A stretch of 64,000 nucleotides of DNA from Chiloscyllium plagiosum (Eukaryota), in NCBI RefSeq assembly GCF_004010195.1, contig NC_057719.1, positions 37,324,138 through 37,388,137 of the forward strand. The letters run 5' to 3'. The notes beneath the pieces were generated by a model that was not told the origin of the DNA, made no database searches, and was given only the letters and a program-made list of their open reading frames with translations. Every line of letters starts with the position of its first letter. Position 1 is the first letter of the stretch. Below, piece by piece: positions 25,702 to 39,562 of this stretch. The translations under genes and the position numbers were made by a program.

Positions 25702-25960
25702 CTGTGCAAATAAAGTAGAGACATGTTCATTTCACATCAGTATCAACAGCAATACAAGCATAGGAGTTCTTCATTCTACTGTTGTAGTTTAAGCTATCTG
25801 TTTAAAGCTTCATTAAAACAAGTGGTGATACTTTCAAATAGACCAATGCAGAGACCATTATTGAAACACCAATCAAAGTAAATGAGGTGCATTCTGTCCC
25901 TGCATGTCCTACTTCACTTTGCATTAACTGTCACTCAGATGAATAAAAATTACCACATAC

Positions 25961-26030
25961 ATTTCCATCCTTGGTTATCCCTGCTACCTGACCAGTTGCT
26001 ATGGTGATCCTGTCAGGGTGAACTGCAAGG
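25961..26030 (-). CDS. EML1: EML1 exon, 70 nt (LAVHPDRITIATGQVAGITKDGN)
   Basis: ttcatag| and |gtatgt; in frame. Confidence 0.95.
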
Positions 26031-26445
26031 CTATGAAAGGAAGAAAACATCTGTTAGCTGTTGCATGGACAAAGACATGACTCATATTATTCCTAACTAG
26101 GTTTGCTACTGCCCATAATTAAATCAGTCTCAGCTAACAGCTTGGTAATTTTTCAGTGCCATTAGCACTTGCATTTTTACCTTAAACAATCACACTGACA
26201 TAGAGTGAGAGATCATTCAGTAAATCAGTGCAAATAGTTATTTGTACATCATCAAGCTAGCTTATTGTTAATATTACAAACCACCACTACAGCAAATAAA
26301 AATAATCAATTGCTCTCAGGCCAAGAAGGATTAATTCGACATACAGGATTATTTGGCAGGATAATGATAAGAGGAGTTCCTGTTCACAGCAACAAGCAGT
26401 AAATGGAACTATGGCATCTCCACATTCATATTTTCTAAAACTTAC

Positions 26446-26595
26446 CACTTGACATCATCATTGTGGCCGGTGTAATGTCTCTGAAGTTGTTCCTCTACAT
26501 TGTATAGTACAACCACAGAAGCAATGAAATACACAATCTCACCCGTTGGCAGAAGATAAAGGTTACAACGGCAATCCCGACCTCGATAACCATAA
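26446..26595 (-). CDS. EML1: EML1 exon, 150 nt (YGYRGRDCRCNLYLLPTGEIVYFIASVVVLYNV...GHNDDVKC)
   Basis: U12 branch point TCCTTGAC then tatcag|; donor |gtaagt. Confidence 0.96.
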
Positions 26596-29500
26596 CTGAT
26601 AGACTGGTCAAGGATATTAACTGGAGGAACTGGTGAAGCTTCACAAAGGGCAAGAGAAACCTTAACATTACATTTTCATTATCAAAGTAAAGGACGTAAT
26701 GTTGGTGCCATAAGTATTGGTTATTAAAACTTTGAAAAGCAAGATTGTTTTTTCAATTAATAGCTAAAAGCTGATTGAAATAACTCCACAGAGATCAGTA
26801 ACCCATCACCCAGTCACCCTTTATTTACATGTGGAGAATCCTTGATACTGGTCCAGCTCCATCAGTACCAGCTCTCAGAGTGAACAAGAGCCTCTGATAC
26901 GCCTGTTAAATGTGTCAGCCAGCACTCTCTGATTGGAGCTGTTAATATGGTCCAACCAGGAAAATCATATTCTATGAATTCCAGCAGGCTGACCTCATTA
27001 CAATCACTACATCCCTACACCTGAGAATGAGGATATAGGCTGGTTCTTTTTTTTCTGTAGCTCCTCCTGGGGCGGTTTAGCATCAGGTCAGGTTCCTCCA
27101 CCTCTGCCTCTGATACGGGCAGTATGTAACAAACAGTACTCACCTCTTGTGCCCGGAGGGTCTCGGAAGAAATTAATTCCATCACAGATTCCAAGGTATC
27201 TTCAAGGCATGATGGACAGGGTAAAACCCACAGGCTCCAGAACAGTCAGGAAGGCATTCAAGGAACTGGGTGTGTTTTGCTCCGACACTGTTTGCAAGTC
27301 GGCAGCTTTCAGATGGTCCATGTACTTGTTCAGGAACCTCACACGTACCCAAACTTTATACATCACTGGACCTGACCTCTCATCGAGTATGCCTCTTACC
27401 CATGCAGGGCCATTCCAGTAGTTCCTACACCAAACTTTATCCCCTGAAGAAAAGTGTGTCTCTCGCTTAGTGGAGTCTTATGCCTGGCATTGGCATTCCT
27501 AATGTCATTTTACCCTCTTCCCCATGTCAGGGAAGATCAGATTTAACTTGGTATGGAGTCTTCTCCCCATTAGCAACTCTTGAAGCTGTGCCTGAAGTTG
27601 TATGAGGGGTGGTCTTGTAGTTAAATAGGAACTAGGACAGTTTGGCATCTAGTGAAATGGTAGGCTGGTTCTTTAAGCCTGCCTTCAAAGTTTCGATTGC
27701 TCTTTCTGCCAGACCATTGAGTGATGTATGGCATGGAGTTATCCTGATATGTCAAATGCTACTCGACTTTAGGAAATACTTGAATTTCCTGCTGGTAAAC
27801 AGTGGCCCGGCATCTTGACCAACACTTCCAGAAGTCTGTATTTTGCAAAAGATGCGTGCAGTTTTTCTATCATTGATGAATGAATTTTATGCACCTCCAG
27901 CTACTTTGAGAGGGCAACCACAATGACGAAGAACATTGAGCGCATGAAAGGAGCTGAATAGGTCTGGGGTTTACCCAGCCATTCCCATGAATATGGGGGA
28001 GGTGCTGGCAGTAATTTTTGTCTTTTTTGGCACTCCGAGCACTGCTCTACCAATGCATGTATGTCTGAATCCAATCCTAGCCACCAGACATAACCTCTTG
28101 CCGACACCTTCATTTTGGAAACCCCTGGATGGCCCTGGTGGAGTTAAGCATTATTTAGCAGTGACCTTTGCTCAGGACAATCACTCTTGCTCCCCTTAAT
28201 AATATGCTGTCCACCACTGGTCACTGTGATCTGGTCTTTCTGGGTCGAAAACGGTTTCATTTCTGGATGTGATGGCCCTTTGGTTTCCCCCAACACCATC
28301 AGATGTTTCAGTCTGATATTGTCAGCTGTGACTGGAAGTGTGTCCAAAGAATTTAAAACCATTATGGACTCTTCCATAGTGGTACCACTGCCAGTAGGAG
28401 GCGGCTCACTGCATCCGCATTTGCCGCTGGGCCTCCCAGATGTTGTTCCAATTTGTAAGTATATGCACTATGAGAGCTCACCAATGAGCGGAAGCAATGG
28501 GGAACACTGTCTTCTCTTTATGTAGACGTTAGCAGGGATTTGTTGTCCATTATTATTACAAATTTACATCCAAAAAAGGTATTGGTGGAACTCCCTGACT
28601 CCACATATAACTTCCAAACGTTCCTTCTCTATCTGGGCATTTTACGCTCTGTATTAAGCAAAGTCTTGGACGCATTCACTATTGGGAATTCCTCTCCATT
28701 AGGCCACCTATGAGCTAACATTGCCCTGCTGTACAGGGAGGCATTGCATGTCAATACAGATCTCACTTAGGATCGTAGTGAGCCAACACATTAGAGGATG
28801 ATAGCTGTTTCTTCACTTTCCCGAAAGTTATGGTTTGGCTACATGAACATTTCCAAGACTGACCTTTTTTTAAGAGTTGATACAGAAGTGCCAGGATGGA
28901 AGCCAAGTTATGCATGAGCTTTCTGTAACAATTCACCAGCCCAAGGAAAGACTGAAGCTCCGGTACAGACGTGGAAGCCGGGTCAGCTTTGATCACCCTC
29001 ACTTTATCTTCCAACAGGTGTAACCGAGTCTTGTTTGACTCTGCAGCCCAAGTAGGTCACTTGGGGTGCCAGGGACCCACATTTTCCCTTCTGAAGCATA
29101 CAGCTGTCTGGGAGAAGCATTTAGCAACTATGTACAAGTTCTCTAAGTGCTCCTTATTGCTCTTCCTTATTATTAGCACATCATTCAGGTAAATGGCGAC
29201 CTGGGATAGACCTTGTAAAATTTTGTCTATCATATGCTGAAAAATGGCACAGGCTGACAATACCCCAAATGGCAGTCTGGTATATTGGTACAAACCCTTA
29301 TGAATATTAATTGTAGCATACTTCTGGAAATCCTCATCTAACCACAATTGCAAGTATACATGGCTCACGTCCAGCTTTGTGAATGACAGCCTCCCTGCCA
29401 GCTTTGTATAGATATCCTCTCTGTGAGGGATTGGGTATTTATCCAGCTGCGAAAAGCAGTTTACTGTTTGTTTAAAATCCACACAATGGCAAACCGACTG

Positions 29501-29986
29501 TTCAGGCTTCACAATCTGTGTGACCGGTGCTGCCCATTCTGCAAACTGGACAGGTTTGAGGATTCCTTCGCTCTCCAGCCTTCCGATTTCTTCCTCGACT
29601 TTGCCCATACAGCAAATGGCACTTCGGGAGGTGGGAGGGGGATGGAGCTTTCAGACTCGTGGAATTGCTTCCTGATCAACATGCAAGTTGGCATTGGTTC
29701 CTTTGATAGTCCCTAGACTTTCCCAAAAAATTTCCATGTATGTAACTAGGACTTCACTCAGGCAGCCATTTTGTAACTGAAAACTGTTGAGCCAATCTAG
29801 GTGACTCTTTTACAACCAATTTCACCCCATCAGGCTTGGCTCCAAGCCTTTTACTACAATCAGTGGTAACTGAACCAGCTGCTTCTCAGAAGAGACCAGA
29901 ACTGAAGTTGTTTCCTTTATCTGTAAAGGTTCCCTTGTACAGGTACTCAGTCTAGCTGAGGTTTTGCACAAACCTGAGGGTTGGAG

Positions 29987-30565
29987 TCATAGAACATAAA
30001 ACAGTACAGCACAGTAGAGGTCCTTTGGCCCTTGAAGTTGTGCTAGCCTTTTATCCGAGTCTAAGATCAGACTAACCTATATACCCATCATAGTACTAAC
30101 ATCCAAGTGCATGTCCAAGAGTCACTTAAATGTCCCTAATGTATCTGACACTACTATCACTGCTGGCAGTGAATTCCACACACCCACCACTCTCTGAGTA
30201 AAGAATCTACCTCTGACATCTCCCCTAAACCTTCCTCAATCAACTTAAAATTATGGCCTCTCATGTTAGACATTTCCACCCTGGGAAAATGACTGATCCT
30301 CCCTCTGGCCATCCTCTTGTTCCGCACATAAGCGTAGAATGCCTTAGCGTTTTCCTTAATCCTACCACTAAAGCTTTTCCATGCCCCTTCTTGCTCTCCT
30401 AAGTCTATTCCTCAGTTCCTTCCTGGCTACCTTGTAACCCTCTAAAGCCCTGTCTGATACTTGCCTCCTCAGCCTTAAGCCCGTTCCCCCAATTAAATAC
30501 TTTCCCATACCATCTGCATCTATCCTTTCCATGAGTATACTAAAAGTCATGGAGTTGTGATCACT
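29987..30565 (-). mobile_element. CR1-type LINE pieces nested in the Gypsy element
   Basis: CR1 3' end at about 29987-30290; ORF2 linker fragment (ARKELRNRLRRARRG). Confidence 0.8.
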
Positions 30566-31352
30566 ATCACTGAATTTTGTTAAAAGACTGGTTCTGCGAT
30601 CACCAAAACGGCCACACCGATATCAATCTCCTTTGGAACCTGTTGACCATTTAATCAGATGTTTATTTTGTTTGGTTCTGATTTGCATGTAGCTAACCAA
30701 TTTAATTGTTCAAAATAATTGTACTTAGGTGGACTTTCCAAAGTGTACTCTCTCCTGGAAACCAGCCAATGAGTTCTCTTACACCATTTAGGTATAGTGG
30801 GAGTTTTTCGCTATCTCAACTCCGCATATGGCAGCAACTACTATGGCCTGCCAGCCCAATCCTGAGGAAAATGTTAACCATTTGGCTGAGGATTGGCTTT
30901 GTTTTGGGGTTTTGCTGTGGGTTGACCTAGAATCCGTCTGTTCAGGATATGTCCTGAGTGAGGCTATGCAATTGCCTTCACTCAAATGGTGTTCTCCAAG
31001 CTCAGTCAGACTAGTGAGGGTGTTCACTTCCATCAGAATATCTGCAACTCATATGCTCCACTAGCTGCATTTTCCAATGACAAAGCCAGTACCTGTTTGA
31101 AGTCCAGTTGGGCTTCAGCTAGTGGGGGATTTTGCATAGTTACATCGTTAATCCCACATACCAAATGGTCTCTCAGTATCTCACTTCAGGTTAAACCAAA
31201 ATCACATGCCTCTGCTAATCATCTTAACCTTGTCAAAAGTCCTGAAATGGATTCTCTAGGTTCTCAAATTGCTGAGTAAAACCAATAGTGTCTCAGAACT
31301 AGAAGAGACTTGGGGTCATAATATTCCTTAACTAAATCTGTAACCTTATTAT

Positions 31353-31650
31353 CATAGAAACCCCACAGTGAGGAAACAGGCCATCCAGCCCAACAAGTCC
31401 ACACTGGCCCTCCAAAGAGAAACCCACCCTACATTTACCCCTAACCTACACATCCCTGGGCAATTTAGCATGGCCAGTTCACCTAACTTGCACATCTTTG
31501 GATTGTGGGAGGAAACAGGAGCACCAAAAAGAAACCCATACATATACAGGGAGAATGTGCAAACTCCACACAGACAGTTGCCTGGGGCTGGAATCAAACC
31601 CAGGTCCCTGGTACTGTGAGGTAGCAGTGCTAACCACTGCGCCACCATGT
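31353..31650 (-). mobile_element. HE1/V-SINE-type SINE nested in Gypsy gag
   Basis: Same family head, core and tail. Confidence 0.9.
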
Positions 31651-32915
31651 CACCCTTGAGTACTCTTGAAACATTTTTGTCTTTGGTGCCTCAGGGAAAG
31701 TTAGGCTCCTAATATCTGAAAAGGCTGCAGATCCATGAGCTGGCAGAATTACTCATTACTTTTCATCTGCTCTGGTTATTTATTTAGAAAAAGTAATGCA
31801 TTCCTTGCACTTACTGGACCCAATCTCCAACAGCAGGATCGAACAAGTCAAACTTCCCAAATGATGGCACGATGCCAGAAATGCTTACCCTAAGTCAAAC
31901 TTAACTCTTGCGAGTGGATTTCGTCAGGAGCATGCTTTTCTCTCATTGCCACTACAATAACCCCACAAAGGTCGGTATCCTGACACTATGTCACCCTTTA
32001 TTTACATGTGGAGAGTTCCTGACACTGATCCAGTTTCCTCAGAGCCATCTCTCAGAGTGAGCTGAACCCCTGACACTCCTGTCCTTATACGTCAGCCAGG
32101 GCTCCCTGATTGGACCAGGTTAACAGCCCCAATCAGGGAACTCATATTTGAGGAGGTCCACTTGGCTGACCTTGTTATAATCCGTACACCGGGCTCTTTA
32201 AAAACATTTATGAGGGGAAAACAAAGGCAAAGAATCAGATAAATTCTTTTTTTCTGTATATTCCTCTAAATAATGCAGGGATTTGCTGTATATAGCTCAG
32301 TGGAATTCCAGATTTTTTTTTCTATTACTCTAACTGAAGACCACTCGGAAAGGGCACATAACCTTGCTAATAATCTCAACAATACAGGGAGAAATTTAAA
32401 AAAAAATTCTATAAAAGCATTCTAATGAAATGTCATTAATCTGAGAAATGACACTCTGTTTGTAATTTCACAGATTCTGCCTGAATTATTGAGTTTTTCT
32501 AGCATTTCCTGGTTTTGTTTTGGATGTCTGGGAGCTATTTCTGTACTTTTATCTAAAAATTCATGTACCTCGTTTAATGCACTTTAGCCTAAGAGAAAAC
32601 AATTGGTTCTTTCAGGCTAACAACAAGTTGGTGGTGTAGTGGTAATATCACTGGATGAGCAATTCACCAGATCCAGGCTAATGTTGTGGTGATACTGGTT
32701 CAAATCCCACCATAATAACTGGTGGAATTTAACTTGAATTTGTAAAATCTAGAAGTGAAAACTAGTCTCGTTAATAGTAACAATAAAGCTATCATTGATG
32801 TAAAAACCCATCTGATTCAATAACATGCTTAAAGGATAGAAACTCCCCCTCCTTGTTTGCGTACGCATATGCTTGACTCTTACCTGACCTCTATAATAGC
32901 TAACTGATTCATTCA

Positions 32916-33183
32916 GAGAATTCCTACAGTATGGAAGAAGGCCATTTGGTCTATCAAGTCCATACTAACCCTCTGAAGAGCATCCCACCTGAACCATGCA
33001 TTTCCAATGGCTAATCCACCCAGCCTGCACATCCCTGGACACTATGCACAATTTAGCATGGTCAATTCACTTAACCTGCACAACAAGAACATTCAAACTT
33101 CACACGTACAGTCACTCGAGGGTGGGAATGCACCCAGGTCCCTCATGCTGTGAGGTAGTAGTGCTAACCACTGAGCCACCATG
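32916..33183 (-). mobile_element. Internally deleted HE1-type SINE nested in an older tRNA-SINE (about 32630-33260, plus strand)
   Basis: HE1 head and tail present; the host element has gtggtgtagtgg/ggttcaaatccc boxes and resumes after the insert. Confidence 0.8.
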
Positions 33184-33644
33184 TCACTCATAGTTCATGG
33201 ATAATTAGGGATAGTTAATAAATGCTAGCCTTACCAAAGACACTCATAATGCATCAACATGTTAAAAAAGAAGCAGCATAGTGCAACTTGATTTTTGTGT
33301 TCATGCAAATAACTTGCTTTAAACTCTTTCTTTCTGATCAAAATTTATGTTTAGTTTTAAAGTAGGGGAAAATGGATATCAGAACCATCTGAAACTTGTG
33401 AACGGTTTGTCTTACAGCAGCATGAGAAGATAGGAAAGTATAACTAATAGCTTTCCTCTAGAGAACTTCAGTTGTACACTAAATCATAAATGAATAAAAA
33501 GGAGACGTTCCTTTAAAAAAAGAGATGCCCTAACTCTCTAAGTTATATCCTTAGATATCTGAATACCATGATACTTTGAATACCATACATTGAACATTTA
33601 CTTGGCAACTACGGTCATGTCGGAAAATGGGCAGAAGACTAGAG

Positions 33645-34455
33645 CATCAATCACAGAATTATTACAGTGCAGGAGGAGGCCATTTTGTCGCTTGTTTCTG
33701 CACTTTCTCTCTGAATGAGCATTTCAGTCAGTGCCATTCTCTAACATTTCTCCCTGTATTCCTGCACATTGTTCCTTTTCAAACAACACAGCTAATTCCC
33801 TTAGAAAGACACAATTTAAACCTCACTTTATCAAATTCTCAGGCAATGCACTCCAGATCTTAACCTCTTGCTGCGTGAAGTTTTCTGTAATGTCACTTTT
33901 GTTTCTTTTCCAATCTGCATCCTTTTGTTCTTGACCCTTCCACAAGTGGGAACAGTTTCTCCTTTTCAATTCCATCCTGACCCCTCAGGATTCTGAATAC
34001 TCCAATGAGATCTTCTCTTAGCTTTCTCTTCTCCAGAGAAATTGGTTTCAATTTCTCCAGTCTATCTTCACATTTGAAGTTCCTCATCCTTAAAACCATT
34101 CTTGTGAGACTTTACTTCACCCTCTCCAACACCTTCACGTCCTTCCCATAATGTGACACACAGAACTAGACTCAATGCTCCAGCTGATGCTGAATTAGTG
34201 TCTTTTACAACTTCAACATAATCTACTTGCTGTTGTATGCCATACTCCTATCAATTAAGCCTGGGGTACTGTATGCTTTAATAACTACACTCTCATCCGT
34301 ACCTGCCATCTTTAATGCTTTTTACATATACATGCAAGCCTCTTTGCTCCAGTTCACCTTCAAGAGTTGTAGATTTTATTTTATATTATCTTTCATGTTC
34401 TTCCTGCCAAAATGCATCACTTACATATCTCCACACTGCACTTCATCTGCCAGCT
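33645..34455 (-). mobile_element. CR1-type LINE 3' fragment
   Basis: ORF 33893..34099 EDRLEKLKPISLEKRKLREDLIGVFRIL. Confidence 0.85.
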
Positions 34456-34489
34456 GTATCCTTCTGAGGTTTCACAGTTTCTTTTCAGT

Positions 34490-37300
34490 ACATGGAGGAC
34501 AAAGGATTAAAGAGGAGGAAAACAGAGGAAGCTCATGGGGAACATTTAAACAGATTGTAAAAGTTCCAATTCTTATGTGAAGAGAAAAGATTCACAAAGC
34601 CAAATGTAGGTCCTTATAATCAGAAACTGGGCAAGTTACAATGGAGGCAGAATAATTAAATACATATTTTGGTTCGGTCTTTATAAAGAAGGACACAAAT
34701 AATGCCCTCGGTGGTGGGCACGTAGTTGGAGGGAATCCTGAGGGACAGGATGTACATGTATTTGGAAAGGCAAGGACTGATTCGGGATAGTCAACATGGC
34801 TTTGTGTGTGGGAAATCATGTCTCACAAACTTGATTGAGTTTTTTGAAGAAGTAACAAAGAAGATCGATGAGGACAGAGCAGTAGATGTGATCTATATGG
34901 ACTTTAGTAAGGCGTTCAACAAGGTTCCCCATGGGAGACTGATTAGCAAGGTTAGATCTCATGGAATGAAGGGAGAACTAGCCATTTGGATATAGAACTG
35001 GCTCAAAGATAGAAGACAGAGGGTGGTGGTGGAGGATTGTTTTTCAGACNNNNNNNNNNNNNNNNNNNNNNNNNNNNNNNNNNNNNNNNNNNNNNNNNNN
35101 NNNNNGCTGGGGCTGTTTTCCCTGGCGCGTTGGAGGCTGAGGGGAGACCTTATAGAGGTTTACAAAATTATGAGGGACATGGATAGGATAAATAGGCAAA
35201 GCCTTTTCCCTGGGGTCGGGGAGTCCAGAACTAGAGGGCATAGGTTTAGAGTGAGAGGGGAAAGATATAAAAGAGACCTAAGGGGCAATTTTTTCACGCA
35301 GAGGGTGGTACGTGTGTGGAATGAGCTGCCAGAGGATGTGGTGGAGGCTGGTACAATTGCAACATTTAAGAGGCATTTGGATGGGCATATGAATAGGAAG
35401 GGTTTGGAGGGATATGGGCCGGGTATTGGCAGATGGGACTAGATTGGGTTGGGATATCTGGTCGGCATGGACGGGTGGACCGAAGGGTCTGTTTCCATGC
35501 TGCACATCTCTATGTCTCTATGACCCTAAATGTTGAGAGATCACTTGTTTAGTGAGAAGGAGGAACTGTAGGAAATCAGTATTAATGGGGAAATGGTGTC
35601 AGGGAAATTAATGGGATTAAAGGCCAAATAAATTCCCAGAGTCCAATAATTTACATCACTACTTAATATTACAAAAAGTGCCCTTAGAAATAGTGGATGC
35701 CTTGATGGTCATCTTTTAAGGTTCTATAGATTCTAGAATAGTTCCTTTGGAATGGAGGTTATCTAATGTAATCCCACTATTGAATAAAAGGAGGGGAGAC
35801 ATAGAGAACTATAGATCTGTTAACGTGACATTGGTAGTGGGGAAAATGCTAGAGTGCATTATAAAAGATTTAATTGAATGGCAGAGCTGGCATGAAGGGC
35901 TGAATGGCAGTCCTGCTCCTAGGGAGACATAGAGAACTATAGATCTGTTAACGTGACATTGGTAGTGGGGAAAATGCTAGAGTGCATTATAAAAGATTTA
36001 ATTGCCGAACACTTGGGAAACAGTGACAGAAACCGACATAGTCAGTGTGGATTTCCGAAAGAGACATCATATCTGACAAATTTACTGTAATCTTTCAAGG
36101 ATGTACCTCATAGTTGTTAAGGAGGACCCGGCCTGTGTGGTTTACTTAGACTTTCAGAAGGCTTTCAATAAACTCCCAGAAAAGGGATTAGAGATAAAAT
36201 TAAAGTGTGTAGTATTGGGAGTAGTATACTGACCCATGAATAGAGAACTTGTTGGCATACAGGAAACAAACAGTAGGAATAAATGGGTCTTTTACAGAGG
36301 GGTTGCCAGTGACTAGTACAGTATCACAGGGATCAGTGCTTGAAACTCAGGTATTCACAATATATTAATAATTTAGATGAGGGAACTAAATCTAATATCT
36401 CCGAGTTTGCAAATGACACAAAATTGGGTGGAAGGGTGAGCTGTGAGGAGGATGTAGAGATGCTTCAGTGTGATCTGGACAAGTTGAGTGAGTGGGCAAA
36501 TGTATGCACATGAAATATAATGTGGATAAATGTGAAATTATCTGCTTTATTTGCAAACCTCTAAAGCAGATTATTCTTGGAGTAGCGATAAATTTAAAAG
36601 GGGGAGGTGAAATAAGACCTGGGTGTCTTTGTACATCTATCATTGCAGATGCAGCCGGAAGCAAAGAAGAACAATGGTATGTTGACCTTCATAGTGAGAG
36701 GATTTGTGTACAGGAGCAGGGACGACTCGCTGCAATTGTACAGGGCCTTGGTGGGATCACTACCTAGCGTACTGAATGCAGTTTTGGTTTCCTTATCTGA
36801 GGATGGATGTTCTGGCTATGGAAGGAGTGCAACAAAGGTTTGCCAGACTGATTCCTGGTTTGGATAGACTGACGTATGAAGGGAGACTGGATCCATTAGG
36901 ATTATTTCATTTAAGTTTAGAATGAGAGGGGATCTCACCCATAAAATTCTAACAAGTCTAGACAGAATAAATGCAGGAAGGATGTTCTCAATGACCAAGG
37001 AGTCCAGAATCAGGGTCTTCATTTAAAGAAATAGGGTAGGGCTGAGACAATGAGAAATATCTTCTCCTGAAGAGTGGTAAACCAGTGACATTCTCTGCCA
37101 CAGGAAATGGTTGAGGCCAAATTATTCCATGTTTTCAAGGAATTCATTCATTTCTAAGGCCAAAATATTCAAAAGGGTATGGAGAGAAAGCAGGAACAGG
37201 GTACTGAGTTGGATGATAAGTCATGATCATGTTGAATGGCAGAGCTGGCATGAAGGGCTGAATGGCAGTCCTGCTCCTATTCCCTACATTTCTATGTTTA
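34490..37300 (+). mobile_element. Decayed CR1 LINE ORF2-3' end, with a younger HER1-type copy (about 34712-35527, containing an N gap) nested inside
   Basis: QHGFVCGKSCLTNLIEFFEEVT...DVIYMDFSKAF; NYRSVNVTLVVGKMLECIIKD; CR1 3' UTR near 37200-37300. Confidence 0.9.
35050..35105. other. Assembly gap (N run)
   Basis: N bases. Confidence 0.99.
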
Positions 37301-37649
37301 TGGTGCTTCCAAGTTTCATATAAACATTTTATTGTGAAATAGAGATTCCATGGAGTTCCTCCTGACTGACCAATCCAACTCTGGCAGGTGATCATTGAGA
37401 TAATGTGCCTGCAGTTGTACCACCTTTTCTGTAGATTTCCTTTATAGTTATGGCAGGCTAGTGGAGAAGTGCGTGCAACAATTAAACAGTTAGACACTGA
37501 GTTGGTGTAATACAAATTGCATAAAACAGTGTCATAATAAGACCTGAATTTCTATTTTTGCAGATTTTCATCATTAAATGATGGAAAGTACTTAAGTAAC
37601 TAAATAAGTAAGTAACTCCTTAACCCTCCCATCATCCTATATTCTGCAT

Positions 37650-37812
37650 AGAAACTGACATTTTCCTACCTACCATCAGTTCTGAGGAAGGATCACTCAA
37701 CTGAAACGTTAGTTCAGATTTCTCTCCACAAATGCTGCCAGACCTGCTGAGTTTTTCCAGCAATTTCTGTTTTTGTTTCTGATTTACAACATTCACAGAT
37801 CTTTTGTTTTTT
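37650..37812 (+). mobile_element. Older Penelope pLTR fragment
   Basis: ctgaggaaggatcactcaactgaaacgtta...atgctgccagacctgctgagtttttccagca. Confidence 0.65.
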
Positions 37813-38384
37813 ATTCAGTGAACTCTTTATCTTAGCCAGAAAATTGAGGTGGGAACCATTTCCTCCATTTTTCATTCCAAACTCCTTTCTGGAAGGTCCT
37901 TGTACAATTGTTAGAGTTCATTTTACATCTTTAAGCATTATCATCATGAGGGTCAGTGGTATTGCTATCTCACAGTTCCTGGGTTTACTTTTGCAATATA
38001 CAAGGTGTAAATTAGCCAAGTATACAAGTAGCTGCTGTTACAGGGTCAGATAAACAGGAATAAGTGAGTAATATTTGATCTAGACATCTTAATGAACTTG
38101 TATCTGATTGTGAGATTATATCAGCATCAGGGAACATGGTTTCGTGGAAGGCCAATCATGTTTAACTGTCTTATTGGCATTCTTTAAGGAAGTAACAAAT
38201 AACATAGATATAGGGAAATCTGTAGATGTGGTATACTTGAAATTCTAAAGGCATGTGATATGGTACTATTTTAAAAGTGACTATGCAAATTAAGAGCTTG
38301 GGATGTAGTACATAACACGTTAGCATCAATAGAGGATTAGTTAACTAACCGAAACAGGAAGTCAGGTAAAATGCAGGAGTAAAT

Positions 38385-38502
38385 TGCTGCAGATGCTGGA
38401 ATCTGAACTGAAAACAAAAAGTGCAGGAGATCACAGTGGATCAGGTAGATCCATGGAGAGAAAAACAAGTTAACGTTTCGAGTCTAGATGACTCTTCATT
38501 AG
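38385..38502 (-). mobile_element. Older Penelope pLTR fragment inserted in a CR1 relic
   Basis: Minus strand atgaagagtcatctagactcgaaacgttaac...ttccagcatctgcagc. Confidence 0.65.
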
Positions 38503-39257
38503 GCACTTCAGATGTGGAATCTGTAACTAGTGGGGTTCTACAGGGATCAGTACTGAGGCCTCGACCATTTATAATTTACATCAATGGATTTGCTCAATGA
38601 ACCAAATGCATGGCTGCTAAATTTGCTGATGCCACCAAGATAGGAAGAATAGATTATGAGGAACTTAGATCCCATTGCAGACTCCTTAAATTGTGATCAA
38701 AAATCTGGTGGATGAAGCATAATTTGGAAAAATGTGAACTTGTCCAATTTGATGGGAAGAATATAAAAACAATACACTATTCAAATGGACACAGGAGTTA
38801 CAAAGAGATCTGGGCATCTTAGTATATGAAATCCATTAAGTTAGTATGGACATACAGCATGTATTACAAAAATAAATGGAAAGTTGTCATTTATCAAAAG
38901 GAAAATTGAGTATGAAAGTAGGAAAATGTTGCTACAGTTGTTGGTGAGAACACACATCAAGATGTATGTACAGTTTTGGGTTTTACAGAAGGTTCACTTG
39001 ACTGATTCTTGGGTGATCTTATGGAGAAAGTGTGGTCAGATTATGTTAGCACTCAGAGGCACTTGAAAGCAAGAAGTGATCATGTTGAAACATCCATGGT
39101 GCTGAAGGAATTTGACTGGTGGATGCTGACAGAATGGTTACCCTTATGGAAGAGACTACAACTTGGGGAGTATGTTTGAAAATAGTTTAAGACTGAATGA
39201 GGAGACTTTTTTTCTTTTTCCAGAGATCAATGGAGGCTGGACTTTTTTTAAGGCTGA

Positions 39258-39562
39258 GTGGCACGGTGGGTCAGTGGTTAGCACTGCTGCCTCACAGCAC
39301 CAAGGTCCCAGGTTCAATTCCAGCCTCGGGTGACTGCCTGTGTGGAGTTTGCACATTCTCCTCGAGTCTGTGTGGGTTTCCTCCGGGTGCTCTGGTTTCC
39401 TCCCACAGTCCAAAGATGTTCAGGCCATGCTAAATTGCCCATAGGTTAGGTGCGTTAGTCAGAGGGAAATGGGTCTGGGTGGGTTACTCTTTGGAGGGTC
39501 ATTGTGGACTTGTTGGGCCAAAGGACCTGTTTCCACACTGTAGGGAATCTAATCTAATCTAA
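39258..39562 (+). mobile_element. HE1/V-SINE-type SINE
   Basis: Same family; (aatct)n tail. Confidence 0.9.

Larger units (their letters stand above)
26776..32188 (-). mobile_element. Decayed full-length Gypsy (Ty3) LTR retrotransposon
   Basis: Two diverged 236-bp LTRs (26776-27011, 31953-32188) starting TGTA on the minus strand; PBS-like TGGCAATGAG at about 31942-31951; RT (29057-29608, RLPFG, YLNDVLI), RNase H linker (28763-29014) and integrase zinc-finger remnant (27901-28113) in Gypsy order. Confidence 0.92.
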
